A DNA stretch of 64,000 nucleotides from an uncultured Candidatus Saccharibacteria bacterium. GTDB lineage: Bacteria; Patescibacteriota; Doudnabacteria; UBA920; O2-02-FULL-48-8. Below, one piece after another: positions 36,729 to 46,615 of this stretch. The DNA lies in contig CAZSDS010000001.1 in NCBI GenBank assembly GCA_964605735.1, forward strand, positions 480,126 to 544,125, read 5' to 3'. Position 1 is the first letter of the stretch. Every line of letters starts with the position of its first letter. A model generated the notes under the pieces. That model was not told where the DNA came from and did not search any database. It saw nothing but the letters and a program-made list of their open reading frames with translations. Position numbers and translations under genes: made by a program.

Positions 36729-38342
36729 TTAAATAGTCTTAAGCCAATTTCCGTTCATGATGGAAAAATCAACAGTGTTAACTAAACCATCCTTGTTCAG
36801 ATCAGCAACCGGGTCTGAAGTCAGCCATTTGGAATTCATAATAGACCAATCAATGCTATTAACAATCCGGTCACTATTTAGATCACCCAACAAACCCGGA
36901 GGTGGAGGGGGCGGACCACTGGAATTTGCAAACTCATATGCTCCCACGTCATAGGCACTGCCCTGCGGCCTTGCCACGCCATCCTTGTCTGTCTGCACTG
37001 AACTGACAAATACCCCGGCATCTAAAGCCAGCGAACCACTGGCCAAATGATAATTGTAGGCAGGCATATTCACGAAATCAGATCCGGAAGCAAGCCTGCT
37101 TGATGAAGAATTTTTTGCGATAGCAGGCATAGAGGTTCCATACACCAACAAATTGCTGATGAACACAGGGTTGGTCTGGGCTGTCCCTGCCTGGTGGAAC
37201 GGAACGGTAATGCCGGAACCAAAAGTGTTGTTAAACAGGCGCAAATTGTTGATGTTGTCTTCGTACCTCACTGCAGTTGAGGCATTGTAAATCAGGTTGT
37301 TGTAAGCAATCACTTCTGCTCCCCCATTTGATCCGGGTCCCCGCAAACGCAAGGCAATCTCAGAATCATAGATTTCATTGCCTTCCACAATGGCAGAAAT
37401 ATTTTCTTTCAAATTCAGCGCGGCCATGTTGCTTATCAACCCGTTACGGTATCCGTTAAAAACATTGTTCCTAATGTGCAAAGTTCCTCGAGGCGCAGTC
37501 CCGCTGATTTTGGTATCAATGGCATTCTCACCCGGCACCATCCCGGCTGAATAGCCGTTCTGGGCGGACGGAAGCGGCCCCAGCCAAAAATGGGAATTCT
37601 CCACTACAACATTTCTCCAGCCATTGGCGTTTCGGCCCGGGTCAATTTGCAGGGCATCGCCGGAGAAACTGTGAATTTCAGTGTTCCTGATAATTAAGCC
37701 GTCAGTAAAACTGCCTCCAGCCGCTATTCCATGAGCATCCGCTCTGCCAACTGCAGGATCCCAATAAAGGCAATGGTGAATCAAACTGTTTTCGATCAAA
37801 ACATTGTCCGGCCCGCTCATGTCCATGCAGTCCCGGCCTGCCCGCCTCAACTCACTGTTTAAAAACTTGAAAAAGTTGCCACCGGAGGTAACCCTTGCCG
37901 CGTCAGCCGCGGAGTACTGCGCGTCAAACGTCAAACCATCCACCACTAAGTGCTCGTGGCTGATGGACAGCACCTGTCCGGATTTGGTAATGAGGACAGA
38001 ACCGCGGCCCTGTTCAGAACGGACTGTAATCGGGGCCTGGGCAGTGCCGGAGCGGACACTTGTTAAAGTTTCGTTGTACGTCCCGGGAAGAATAATTAGA
38101 GTGTCTCCCGGCTGGAGCGCACCAACACCTTTTGCCAGGGTCTTATATGGGGAGTTCTTTGTTCCGGAGTTCGCGTCATTCCCGGATGAAGAAACGTAGA
38201 AAGTTGTTGCTGCACGGGACACGTTAAAGTTAATGTTAGAACGCTGGGCAACAAGGAAAGCCAGGACAAGGCAAAACGCCAAGCCAAAAGTCCATAATAT
38301 AACCCAGAGCACATCTACTTTGTGTTTCTTGCTTTGTGACAT
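36729..38342 (-). CDS. right-handed parallel beta-helix (pectate-lyase-fold) protein with C-terminal dockerin-like module
   Basis: N-terminal TM/signal. Multiple NxxxN-type beta-helix repeats (IRNNVFNGYRNGLISN...). C-terminal DLNSDRIVNSIDWSIMNSKW and DLNKDGLVNTVDFSIMNGNW are dockerin type I-like repeats. Confidence 0.8.
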   Translation of the reverse strand: MSQSKKHKVDVLWVILWTFGLAFCLVLAFLVAQRSNINFNVSRAATTFYVSSSGNDANSGTKNSPYKTLAKGVGALQPGDTLIILPGTYNETLTSVRSGTAQAPITVRSEQGRGSVLITKSGQVLSISHEHLVVDGLTFDAQYSAADAARVTSGGNFFKFLNSELRRAGRDCMDMSGPDNVLIENSLIHHCLYWDPAVGRADAHGIAAGGSFTDGLIIRNTEIHSFSGDALQIDPGRNANGWRNVVVENSHFWLGPLPSAQNGYSAGMVPGENAIDTKISGTAPRGTLHIRNNVFNGYRNGLISNMAALNLKENISAIVEGNEIYDSEIALRLRGPGSNGGAEVIAYNNLIYNASTAVRYEDNINNLRLFNNTFGSGITVPFHQAGTAQTNPVFISNLLVYGTSMPAIAKNSSSSRLASGSDFVNMPAYNYHLASGSLALDAGVFVSSVQTDKDGVARPQGSAYDVGAYEFANSSGPPPPPPGLLGDLNSDRIVNSIDWSIMNSKWLTSDPVADLNKDGLVNTVDFSIMNGNWLKTI

Positions 38343-38458
38343 AAGCGGTTCAGGCGGATTATTGCCTCACCAATATTATGACAAAAGCATAACAAAAAAC
38401 ATCACCCATGACTATTTCAAGAAGCCGAGTGATGTTTTTGATAACAATCGTTTATATA

Positions 38459-38923
38459 TCAAGCTTGCGGTTCAGAAAGGACTTTAATTCGGGCCAGCGC
38501 CTGAGGGAGTTTATCGTTGAAGTATTCAACCAGCTCATCAGGCACATCCTGCGTTATAGAAAGAGTAACTTTGCCATTGTTTTCTTCCAGGTCATACCTT
38601 TCCGTGCCGCCAGTCCATTGGTCGTCTCTTTTTTCTATCCCCCCGTCATCTTTAACCACAATATCCGCGATTCGGGTAAATAAAATGTGCTGGTTTGGAA
38701 CCAGTTTTTCCACCCTACTGGTCACGCCATAGCGGACTCCGCCATCGCTGTTCCCTATGAAATTAATTTCGTTACCTTCTTCCAGCTTGCCTTCCATGTA
38801 GGTGCCTTCGTCTATAAAGCCTGACCAGTCACGAAAAGTCTGGTCAGACCAAAGCACTTCCCAAACTTTCTCTTTGGGTGCGTTGATTTCTATTGAATGT
38901 TTCATCTCATTCATTTTGCTCAT
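38459..38923 (-). CDS. SRPBCC-family protein (AHSA1/polyketide-cyclase-like)
   Basis: IEINAPKEKVWEVLWSDQTFRDWSG is the Activator-of-Hsp90-ATPase/SRPBCC N-terminal pattern. Confidence 0.8.
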   Translation of the reverse strand: MSKMNEMKHSIEINAPKEKVWEVLWSDQTFRDWSGFIDEGTYMEGKLEEGNEINFIGNSDGGVRYGVTSRVEKLVPNQHILFTRIADIVVKDDGGIEKRDDQWTGGTERYDLEENNGKVTLSITQDVPDELVEYFNDKLPQALARIKVLSEPQA

Positions 38924-38932
38924 TGCAAATGT

Positions 38933-39643
38933 TTAGTATCCGGAAAATTCTTCAGTTTTGATGTAGTCGTCGTCTACTTTCAGCTCAGCCAGTATCCCCC
39001 GCATTGCTTTTACCATGCCGGCAGGTCCTGACAAATACCAGACAGCATTTGTATCAGCAACATATTTCTTTATCATTTCAGCCGTAATGTAACCCTGCTC
39101 CTTATCCCACGGCTGTTGGGATTTCTGCATTTCAGTCATTGTCGGAATGAACTTGAAATTGGAATTCTTTTGCTCCAAATCAGTAAGCTCCGGCAAAAAC
39201 GCTGCATCTTCCGGCCTTCTGTTCGAGTAGAACAGGAATAATTTATGCGGCAGATTTCTTTCCGTTGCATCTGTCAAAATCGACATGACCGGCGTTATTC
39301 CGATCCCGCCAATCAAAAAAATCGCTGGCTTGCTGACGTCATTGTGGAGGGTAAACGAACCCATGGCTTCCGTAATTTCCACTTCCGAACCGACCGGCAA
39401 ATTTTTAATCACTCTTTTAAATGCCGTGTCTCGCATTCTGGTTGCCACAGTTATCACATCTGCTTGCGGCGAATTGATAATGGAAAAAGTTCGGCTGCTG
39501 CCTTCATCATCCGTTTCAGATGGGTTGATTAAAGTCACGTCAATGTTCTGGCCTGCTTTGAATGAATACCCCACAGGCTTTTGAAACATGAAGGACATAG
39601 TTCCTTCGGCTACCTCTTTTTTATCGATAAGTGTTGTTGTCAT
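38933..39643 (-). CDS. FAD/NAD(P)-binding oxidoreductase, ferredoxin-reductase (FNR)-like
   Basis: FAD-binding beta-barrel, then PAIFLIGGIGITPVMSIL NAD-binding motif. Ends YIKTEEFSGY (FNR-like aromatic C-terminus). Confidence 0.75.
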   Translation of the reverse strand: MTTTLIDKKEVAEGTMSFMFQKPVGYSFKAGQNIDVTLINPSETDDEGSSRTFSIINSPQADVITVATRMRDTAFKRVIKNLPVGSEVEITEAMGSFTLHNDVSKPAIFLIGGIGITPVMSILTDATERNLPHKLFLFYSNRRPEDAAFLPELTDLEQKNSNFKFIPTMTEMQKSQQPWDKEQGYITAEMIKKYVADTNAVWYLSGPAGMVKAMRGILAELKVDDDYIKTEEFSGY

Positions 39644-39646
39644 CAG

Positions 39647-39958
39647 TTATTCTATTGCGTTAAGGATTGATTCTACTATTTTATTCTTGTGGTTTAGGCT
39701 GTAAAAAACGGTCTGGCCTTCTTTAACTTTGGTCAGCAGGTCGCCGTTGAGCAGCACTTTAAGGTGCTGGGAAGCAAGGGGCAGAGAGACTTCAACGATT
39801 CTGGCCGCATCACTGACGGAAAGCTTCTTGTATTTGGCGACAGCGCGAAACATTTTGCATCTGTTTGGTTCGCTTAATACTTTGAAGATTTCGGCCAGGT
39901 CTTCGTCCCTTGCCCCAAGATATTTCTTTACTTTTGCGATTTCTTGATTGGATAGCAT
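39647..39958 (-). CDS. ArsR/SmtB-family transcriptional regulator
   Basis: LSEPNRCKMFRAV...VSLPLASQHLKVLLNGDLL is a winged-HTH ArsR signature. Confidence 0.8.
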   Translation of the reverse strand: MLSNQEIAKVKKYLGARDEDLAEIFKVLSEPNRCKMFRAVAKYKKLSVSDAARIVEVSLPLASQHLKVLLNGDLLTKVKEGQTVFYSLNHKNKIVESILNAIE

Positions 39959-40030
39959 AATTATTACACTTGGATTGAGTTAAATGCCGATATACCTAAG
40001 TGTATACTGAATTATGCACTAACTCAATGC

Positions 40031-40702
40031 TTAGAATTTTTCAGGGAATTGTTTAATTATCCCGGCAGAAAGGACGTCTGACATGCCCATGATGTGTTCG
40101 AAAACCGCATCAAACGCCTGGACATCCTTCACGTAATCCTTATTCAATCTGGCCACGGCTTCGTCTGTGGTCGTTTTCAGGTGCATGTCCATTGCTTCTG
40201 CCAGAGCCTGCTCAGGCCAGTGGTTGTTGGCCTGGCTTAAAAAGGAGGCGATGTCTTTGGCATTCTGGCTCCAGTCGTCATTGGCGGTTTGGAACTTGGA
40301 CTGGTCATTGGATTTGGCTGCTGCGATCAGATCCACGGCAATGGTGATGTGTTCTTTCAAAAGCTCAGTAAGCCTGTCCCCTGCCTGCTGGCCATAATAT
40401 GGGACAATAGCCGCCCCAATATCTTCCTGGTTCTTCATCAACCGTTTTGCCGCATTATCAACGTCAGCAGTGCCGTCGATCGCGCCGACTACGTATTCTC
40501 TTGTCCAGATAACGTGATCAGCCCAAAGCTTGCGCATGTTTTGGTGGAGGGCAAGCTTTTTGTCGGCTGTGGACGCGCTCATCATGTTATGAGTTTGTTC
40601 AGCGGCGGGATCATCGCCTGGCTTAATGGTATAACCTATCAAACCGCCCAGTACCAGGGAAATAACGAGCATGGAAACAAAAAACACCTTGTTGTTTTGC
40701 AT
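40031..40702 (-). CDS. membrane-anchored helical protein (hypothetical; ferritin-like/four-helix-bundle guess)
   Basis: N-terminal TM, then all-helical sequence. No confident family. Confidence 0.45.
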   Translation of the reverse strand: MQNNKVFFVSMLVISLVLGGLIGYTIKPGDDPAAEQTHNMMSASTADKKLALHQNMRKLWADHVIWTREYVVGAIDGTADVDNAAKRLMKNQEDIGAAIVPYYGQQAGDRLTELLKEHITIAVDLIAAAKSNDQSKFQTANDDWSQNAKDIASFLSQANNHWPEQALAEAMDMHLKTTTDEAVARLNKDYVKDVQAFDAVFEHIMGMSDVLSAGIIKQFPEKF

Positions 40703-40783
40703 TTTTGTATATTTAATAGTTAAACAATCGTTTAACTATACATTATAAACATCCTGCATTATTGTCAAGGGTTAAAAAACACC

Positions 40784-40806
40784 TGCTATTAACAGGTGTA
40801 ATTTGG
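40784..40806 (-). terminator. intrinsic terminator downstream of mscS-like gene
   Basis: Hairpin acacctg-ctattaa-caggtgt preceded by an A-run on the plus strand. Confidence 0.45.
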
Positions 40807-40834
40807 CTCGGACTAACGGGCGACTTTCCTAATT

Positions 40835-41662
40835 TTATTTTGCTTCGTTTTTGAGATGCACCATTCTTTGAGGAATTGGGATCCTGATTCCTTCCTTATC
40901 AAAAGCGATTTTGATTCTTCTCCGCAGTTCGCCCATAACATCCCACTGCCTGATCGGCTTGGTATCTCCCAGAATTTTGATAACCACTGCTGATTCAGCG
41001 AAATCATCCACACGGTAAAATTGCGGTGGTTTGATGATATCTGCTTTCCATTTCGGGTCCTCTGCCAGTTCATGGCCTATCTCGTTTACGAGTTTGATTA
41101 CTTTTTCGAGATCCGCCGCATAGTCAACCCTGAGGTTGATATCCACTCTGGACCAAGTTTTGGTCAGGTTTGAAACTTTTTTTACCTCACCATGAGGGAC
41201 ATGATGCACTGTGCCGTTTAAGTCCCGCAAGGTAGTCATGCGCAAGCTGATGTCTTCCACGAGGCCGCAAGTGTCTCCAAAGCAAACCACGTCCCCTACT
41301 CGATACTGGTTTTCCATGATTATGAACAGCCCGCTCACCAAGTCTTTTATCAGGTACTGGCCCCCAAATCCAACTGCCAAGCCGGCCACCCCAGCCGCGG
41401 CCAGGAGAGGACCGATGTTTAAACCCATTTCAGAGAGCAGCATCATTCCAGCCGTAATCCAAACCAATATGCTTACAGTCCCCGCAATAATACGGATAAG
41501 AGTATTCTCTCTTTTTATCTCCGCCTCTTTGTCCATAGTTTCCCCGGAAACTACGCTTTTGCGAATTACCCTTTCTATCAGACGGTGGCCGAATTTATGG
41601 GCTATATATGCTCCGATAAGTATGGAGAAAACAGCAACTCCGCGTTCAAATATTTGTTCCAT
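40835..41662 (-). CDS. small-conductance mechanosensitive channel (MscS family)
   Basis: Three TM helices and LAAAGVAGLAVGFGGQYLIKDLVSGLFIIMENQYRVGD are conserved MscS pore/beta-domain motifs. Confidence 0.85.
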   Translation of the reverse strand: MEQIFERGVAVFSILIGAYIAHKFGHRLIERVIRKSVVSGETMDKEAEIKRENTLIRIIAGTVSILVWITAGMMLLSEMGLNIGPLLAAAGVAGLAVGFGGQYLIKDLVSGLFIIMENQYRVGDVVCFGDTCGLVEDISLRMTTLRDLNGTVHHVPHGEVKKVSNLTKTWSRVDINLRVDYAADLEKVIKLVNEIGHELAEDPKWKADIIKPPQFYRVDDFAESAVVIKILGDTKPIRQWDVMGELRRRIKIAFDKEGIRIPIPQRMVHLKNEAK

Positions 41663-41867
41663 GTGCTAAAAAGGTTAATGGCATGTCTGTTTATTATAGT
41701 AGTTTTTCTTCTTTGCTTAAACACTTTGACTGTGGAAAAATATTTTTCCAATGTTTTTGCTTAGAAAGTTTTTCTTTTAGTACGATTCCGGTCTCAGCAG
41801 AAAAATTGGTAATGGTAAATCTAAACTTTGGATAAAACAAAAAGCACCTCTTTTGAAGAGATGCGCT

Positions 41868-41950
41868 TTGTTTGGCTCAACATCGTGAACAACGTTGGAA
41901 ACATACTTCAGAGGCAGAATCAGTATGTTTATATACCTGATTTACAATCT
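41868..41950 (-). repeat. conserved 3'-UTR element, copy a (family of three: 41868-41950, 46534-46612, 47108-47169)
   Basis: All three copies share TTGGCTC(A/C)(A/G)ATCG(G)TGGAC(A/G)A...TTAGA. Copies a and b also share CAGTAT(G/A)TTTAT(A/G)TACCTGA(T/C)TTA. Each copy sits between a minus-strand stop codon and a different terminator hairpin. Confidence 0.5.
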
Positions 41951-41960
41951 GCCCGATAAA

Positions 41961-44411
41961 TTACTTGGTAACTGTGAATACAGAACTTACTGTAAAACTC
42001 CCATCAAGATTTACTAATTGAATTTTATATTGGCCTGGTTTTACTTGAGTATCTGCTCCACCCTCAAAACTACCATTTGAATCTACAAGTTGAGCCGTCC
42101 AATATAACTGTTTAGCAGTGCTGCCAGCATATACTTGCTTCGTGCTTATATATCCCGTAAAACCGCTATTATCTGCAGGGATAAGCATCAAGTTTATTTC
42201 GCCTAACGTTGGACCGTCCCATTTAAGTAAATTGTTACCACCTTGCTTCATTGTCGTAGGGACAACAAAATTCGTAGCTTTAATGCCTGAAACATTATCG
42301 AATTTTATACTGCTTACCATTTTTAATATAGCATCTCTATCTGTTGTATTATTCCATACCACTTCTATACGCCCACAAGAAATACTAAAACTTGAATCGC
42401 ATTTAGTCCATGCAGATACTGTATCCGTAATGTAATATCTTTTCATTCCTAAGCTTCCAGAAGTCCAAGTCCTTACAGTTGCGTTTTTACCACCGACTTT
42501 TTCAGTTGATGTCGTAGGAGTTACATTTGGATTGTTTTTGAAATCAAACCCGCCTTTAGGGACTATAGCCATATAGTTTCCGTAATCAGAGGAATCTCTA
42601 CTCCATAAGTATCTGCCAGTTTGGCTTTCTAAAGCCCAATTTTTTGGTATTGATACCTGATAATGGTCATCAGTATTTATGAAAGGTATAGCATCCGAAG
42701 TGCCGCTTGTGGAATTAGAACTTTGAGGATTCCTGAAATCCAAAGGCTTTTTATACATATCACTTATATCACTGGAGGTAAGAGTTGCTTGATATTCTGC
42801 ATCTAGTCCTTTAATTTCCCAAATACCTAAATCTAAGCTTGATGCAATCAAATAAACTAAGGTATCTCCGTCCAGATCTGCAGCAACTGCCTTCATATCT
42901 GGAATATAACTATCTACTTTTTCAAGATTACTGGCGTGATATTTACTTGGTAAGCTCTGAAGAGCTTTAAATATGCGGTCTTGTCCAGCCACAGTAGAAT
43001 CGTCTGTTTTTCTATTCCAAGCAGGGTCATCAATCATAGTTAATTCAACCCTGGCCTTACCAGCCTTTTCAATATATAAAAACAATTTATCCAGATGACC
43101 TTCTAACCGCCCTTTGCACCAAATATCGTTAGGGTCATTTATGAAATCCAATAATTCTGTTGACAGTAATCCATCCTCATCTTTCAGAACAGCATAAGTG
43201 TATCCTTCCCCGCCTAATTGTGCCAGTCCAGTATTTTTGGTATCTAATACCTCTACAATCTCGAATTTCATATCTGAACGGACATAATTCACGTTATAGT
43301 ATTTATCTTTATAACGATGTGCCCCAACTGAATCAATATCACTTATACAAGACAAGTATCGATTAATTTCTTGAGCTCTTGGTGCATTCGAAGCGACTAA
43401 GTTATCTTGTTCATAAGCCATCGGTATACCAAGTGTTATAATTTTGCCGACATTAGGGTCATTCTTTTGAACTTGGTCTTTTGTTCCGCTATTAACAACA
43501 AAATAAATCGGCCATCCAACCAGTAACACTAAACCTATCCCGATAACAATTGAGGTATATTTCCAAATTTTCTTTTTTCGAATTTGTTCTGGAGTAAGCT
43601 CAGGTGCTGCTGGGACTGGAATTGATTGGCTAGGATTATTCGGGTCAACCATCATCGTAGGTGCAACAATCATTTGTTGTTTCAACAAGCCCCTAAAGTA
43701 AGCGTAGACTAAGGCAACTGGCCCCAAGAAAGGTAAGATAAAAAAGAATGGAAGGAAAAGTATAAATAAATTGAACGCTGCAATTTGAGAAGAGAAAGAA
43801 CCCGAAGTAAATGAAAGTGAAGTAAGTATTCTAAACAGCTCGACAACTACGACAAACAAACCCGTCCAAACTACTAATAAAGAACGGCTCCATTTTTTCC
43901 AGAAATAAAACAGTATCAAAAGCGAAATAACAAAATCTGTGAACGACAAAATTTTAGTTACCAAAGCTTGTCCTAGAAAAACTCTACTTAATATGCCATT
44001 AGCAATGTAATAAACCAAATAAGCATTCCCGATAGTAACCAAAATTAAAACGATTATCTTTTCAATACTTTCTAGTAATCTAGGCTTCGGTTGATTTATT
44101 TCGATTGGTTCTGGATTTTTTCTATATTTTATATAGTAAGCAATACATCCAATTATATAACCATATATAAGCTGCCCCAATAAAGGAGTTAAAAACAATG
44201 TTAACAATCCACCCTTCTTAAACAAAAGAGCGGCTCCTACGCCGCTCCAAAAGAAACCCCCAACAAAAGCTTGGACAATTATACTTGAAACTATATTACC
44301 TTTAGGTAGAACCGCTGCTAAAGAAAACCCAACTATCATTAAGATAATTGCAGTTGCAAAAGCCCAAGCTATCCTGTGTTTGGTTGGCTTAAAGGCTTGT
44401 TTTATTGTCAT
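41961..44411 (-). CDS. large polytopic membrane protein (816 aa) with C-terminal extracytoplasmic domain; hypothetical
   Basis: About 10 N-terminal TM helices, then a ~500-aa soluble region. No recognised domain. Confidence 0.7.
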   Translation of the reverse strand: MTIKQAFKPTKHRIAWAFATAIILMIVGFSLAAVLPKGNIVSSIIVQAFVGGFFWSGVGAALLFKKGGLLTLFLTPLLGQLIYGYIIGCIAYYIKYRKNPEPIEINQPKPRLLESIEKIIVLILVTIGNAYLVYYIANGILSRVFLGQALVTKILSFTDFVISLLILFYFWKKWSRSLLVVWTGLFVVVVELFRILTSLSFTSGSFSSQIAAFNLFILFLPFFFILPFLGPVALVYAYFRGLLKQQMIVAPTMMVDPNNPSQSIPVPAAPELTPEQIRKKKIWKYTSIVIGIGLVLLVGWPIYFVVNSGTKDQVQKNDPNVGKIITLGIPMAYEQDNLVASNAPRAQEINRYLSCISDIDSVGAHRYKDKYYNVNYVRSDMKFEIVEVLDTKNTGLAQLGGEGYTYAVLKDEDGLLSTELLDFINDPNDIWCKGRLEGHLDKLFLYIEKAGKARVELTMIDDPAWNRKTDDSTVAGQDRIFKALQSLPSKYHASNLEKVDSYIPDMKAVAADLDGDTLVYLIASSLDLGIWEIKGLDAEYQATLTSSDISDMYKKPLDFRNPQSSNSTSGTSDAIPFINTDDHYQVSIPKNWALESQTGRYLWSRDSSDYGNYMAIVPKGGFDFKNNPNVTPTTSTEKVGGKNATVRTWTSGSLGMKRYYITDTVSAWTKCDSSFSISCGRIEVVWNNTTDRDAILKMVSSIKFDNVSGIKATNFVVPTTMKQGGNNLLKWDGPTLGEINLMLIPADNSGFTGYISTKQVYAGSTAKQLYWTAQLVDSNGSFEGGADTQVKPGQYKIQLVNLDGSFTVSSVFTVTK

Positions 44412-44650
44412 TTTGTTTCATTGTAATTTAATGATGCCTTTTGCTCATTCTAGCGGAAAACTGAGCAGAACGCTAGTTGGAACTAACCGAGAAAACTTTT
44501 GAGTTAGCTACTTACGCCACAAAGTATTTATTACTACCAAAGGTAAAGAAGGGTTAGAACTCAAGAAAGAAATTCTATTGGCTTTAGGTCCAACCCCAAT
44601 AGTAATAAACAAAGAACCAACCATTGAACCGAATGAATGGTTTGTTCCTA

Positions 44651-44845
44651 TCATACTCCATATCTGACCCCACTATCACTGTTCCCTATGAAGTTGACCT
44701 CGTTACCCTCTTTCAATTCACCATCCATATATGTTCCTGGATCAATAATACTAGACCAGTCCCGGAAAGTCGTATCACTCCAAAGCACTTCCCACACTTT
44801 TTCTCTAGAAGCGTTTATTTCAATAGAATGTTGCATTTTATTCAT
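44651..44845 (-). pseudogene. truncated paralogue of the SRPBCC gene at 38459..38923 (first ~64 codons only)
   Basis: Translation MNKMQHSIEINASREKVWEVLWSDTTFRDWS...NFIGNSDSGVRYGV is ~75% identical to the N-terminus of the full gene. Nucleotide identity includes 14-15-mers. The reading frame ends with a stop where the full gene continues. Confidence 0.6.
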
Positions 44846-44861
44846 ACACTAATGATACACT

Positions 44862-45494
44862 TTAGAATAGATTGTCCGCTACGGATCTCAACCATGCTTT
44901 CGAGTACTCAACATCCTGCCTGGTCAACCCATGTCCTGCAGCTATTTTTTTAACTTCAGCGTCAGCTCCTTTAGCAGTCAATGCTTTGGTTAACTTATCC
45001 GTGTCTTCAGACCCTACCATTTCATCCATTAGTCCTGACAATATTAAAACTTTTGTTTGAGTCAACGGTGGCATTTTTTTGGACAAAGCCTCAGACATGG
45101 GCCTGAAAAGAATACCCATTTTCAAAACCTCTGGTTTGTCAGTCATCAAATGAAGAGCAATATTGGCTCCATTGGAATAACCTACGGCAACAAGGCCGTT
45201 TAGGCTAAACCCGTAAGTTTTTGAACTTTCGACGATAAAATTTGCAAGCTCGTTTGAACGTTTCTCTAAATCCTTAAAATCAAATACACCTGGTGACAGC
45301 CTTTTGAAAAACCTTGGCATGCCATCTTCTATAACTTGCCCTCGCGGACTGAGGATGTTAGCACTAAAATCTAAGTCCTCACCCAATGGGACCAAGTCAT
45401 GTTCGTTTCCACCCGTGCCGTGCAGCAACAATAAAGTCAGTGGACTTTTTTTATCTATATAGATATGTTCGAAACCTTGAATCGCTTTATTCAT
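44862..45494 (-). CDS. phospholipase/carboxylesterase-family alpha/beta hydrolase
   Basis: LLLLHGTGGNEHDL and GYSNGANIALHLM (GxSxG) are typical of PF02230-like esterases. Confidence 0.8.
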   Translation of the reverse strand: MNKAIQGFEHIYIDKKSPLTLLLLHGTGGNEHDLVPLGEDLDFSANILSPRGQVIEDGMPRFFKRLSPGVFDFKDLEKRSNELANFIVESSKTYGFSLNGLVAVGYSNGANIALHLMTDKPEVLKMGILFRPMSEALSKKMPPLTQTKVLILSGLMDEMVGSEDTDKLTKALTAKGADAEVKKIAAGHGLTRQDVEYSKAWLRSVADNLF

Positions 45495-46440
45495 TTTTAG
45501 GCAATATCAATTTAGGCAAAACTTTTTCTATTTCACTACGATGCGGTTCATACAGTGGTGTTAGGCTTAAGGATGTGCCTAGTTTTTCTTCCGGCTCGTC
45601 TATGGTGAACCCTGGACCATCTGTAGCTATTTCGAACAACACTCCACCCGGTTCATGAAAATAAATTGATTGAAAATATGTTCTGTCTATGATCGGTGAA
45701 ACGTTTGCTCCAATGCCGGATAATTTTTTGTGCCATTGCTCTTGCACCGTACCATCCTTAACCCGAAAAGCCACATGGTGGATAATTCCTGTGCCCATGC
45801 TGCCGGGAAAAAAATCAGGAGCCTCTCTAACATCTATGAAAGTACCCAAACCACTTTCCGGCAAAGAATACCTGTAGGTATTTTCGGTTTGCCCTAGCAG
45901 TTGATACCCCATCATTTCACGAAGAAACTTGTCCGTATCCTCAAAGCCATCTTCTAATAAAGTAACCGAATAAAAACCTCGGATAGCGTGCTCTGTTGGG
46001 ACGCCGTAACCGGCAAAAACTTTTTTATTCACGGTTTTATTGTCAGCCACAAGTTCAAGCAATATATCATCCGGGTCCCTAAAACTTATATAGTTATCAA
46101 TAAACCTGGTACCCTTATTTTTTTCAAATGGGATACCCTTAGCAGTAAGTCGCCCGATCCAAAATTCCATTGAGCTCTCGGGAATTGAGAAGGAAATAGT
46201 AAATGCCTGGTTAACACCCTTTTGACCTTTCCTGCCACCTTCCCAAGCAAAAAAAGTTAAAGCCGTGCCAGGAGAGCCCACTGAATCACCAAAATACAAA
46301 TGATAAGTGCCAGGATCATCCTGGTTTACAGACAATTTTACAAACTTCAAGCCTAAAACCTGTGTGTAGAAGTCTATATTACGTTGCGCGTTATTTGTTA
46401 TGGCTGTTATATGATGCAAACCTAAAATTGTGTCTTTCAT
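45487..46440 (-). CDS. two-domain VOC-family ring-cleaving dioxygenase-like protein (MhqO/YfiE-like)
   Basis: LGLHHITAITNNAQRNIDFYTQVLGLKFVK plus a second VOC module (HHVAFRV...). Glyoxalase/extradiol-dioxygenase fold. Confidence 0.75.
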   Translation of the reverse strand: MKDTILGLHHITAITNNAQRNIDFYTQVLGLKFVKLSVNQDDPGTYHLYFGDSVGSPGTALTFFAWEGGRKGQKGVNQAFTISFSIPESSMEFWIGRLTAKGIPFEKNKGTRFIDNYISFRDPDDILLELVADNKTVNKKVFAGYGVPTEHAIRGFYSVTLLEDGFEDTDKFLREMMGYQLLGQTENTYRYSLPESGLGTFIDVREAPDFFPGSMGTGIIHHVAFRVKDGTVQEQWHKKLSGIGANVSPIIDRTYFQSIYFHEPGGVLFEIATDGPGFTIDEPEEKLGTSLSLTPLYEPHRSEIEKVLPKLILPKNE

Positions 46441-46533
46441 ATACTCATGAGTATACCCCTGGTTTTAATAAAAATGAAGCAATATTTTTCTCTAAAATAA
46501 AAAAACGTCCGACCACAAGGGTCAGACATTTTT

Positions 46534-46612
46534 CTTTGGCTCAACATCGGTGGACAATGTTAGAGCTAATATCCAAAACAAGAACAGTATATTTATGTAC
46601 CTGACTTAAGTA
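46534..46612 (-). repeat. conserved 3'-UTR element, copy b
   Basis: See copy a. Followed, in the direction of transcription, by terminator hairpin gacc-acaag-ggtc plus a T/A run at ~46500-46535. Confidence 0.5.
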
Positions 46613-46615
46613 ATG

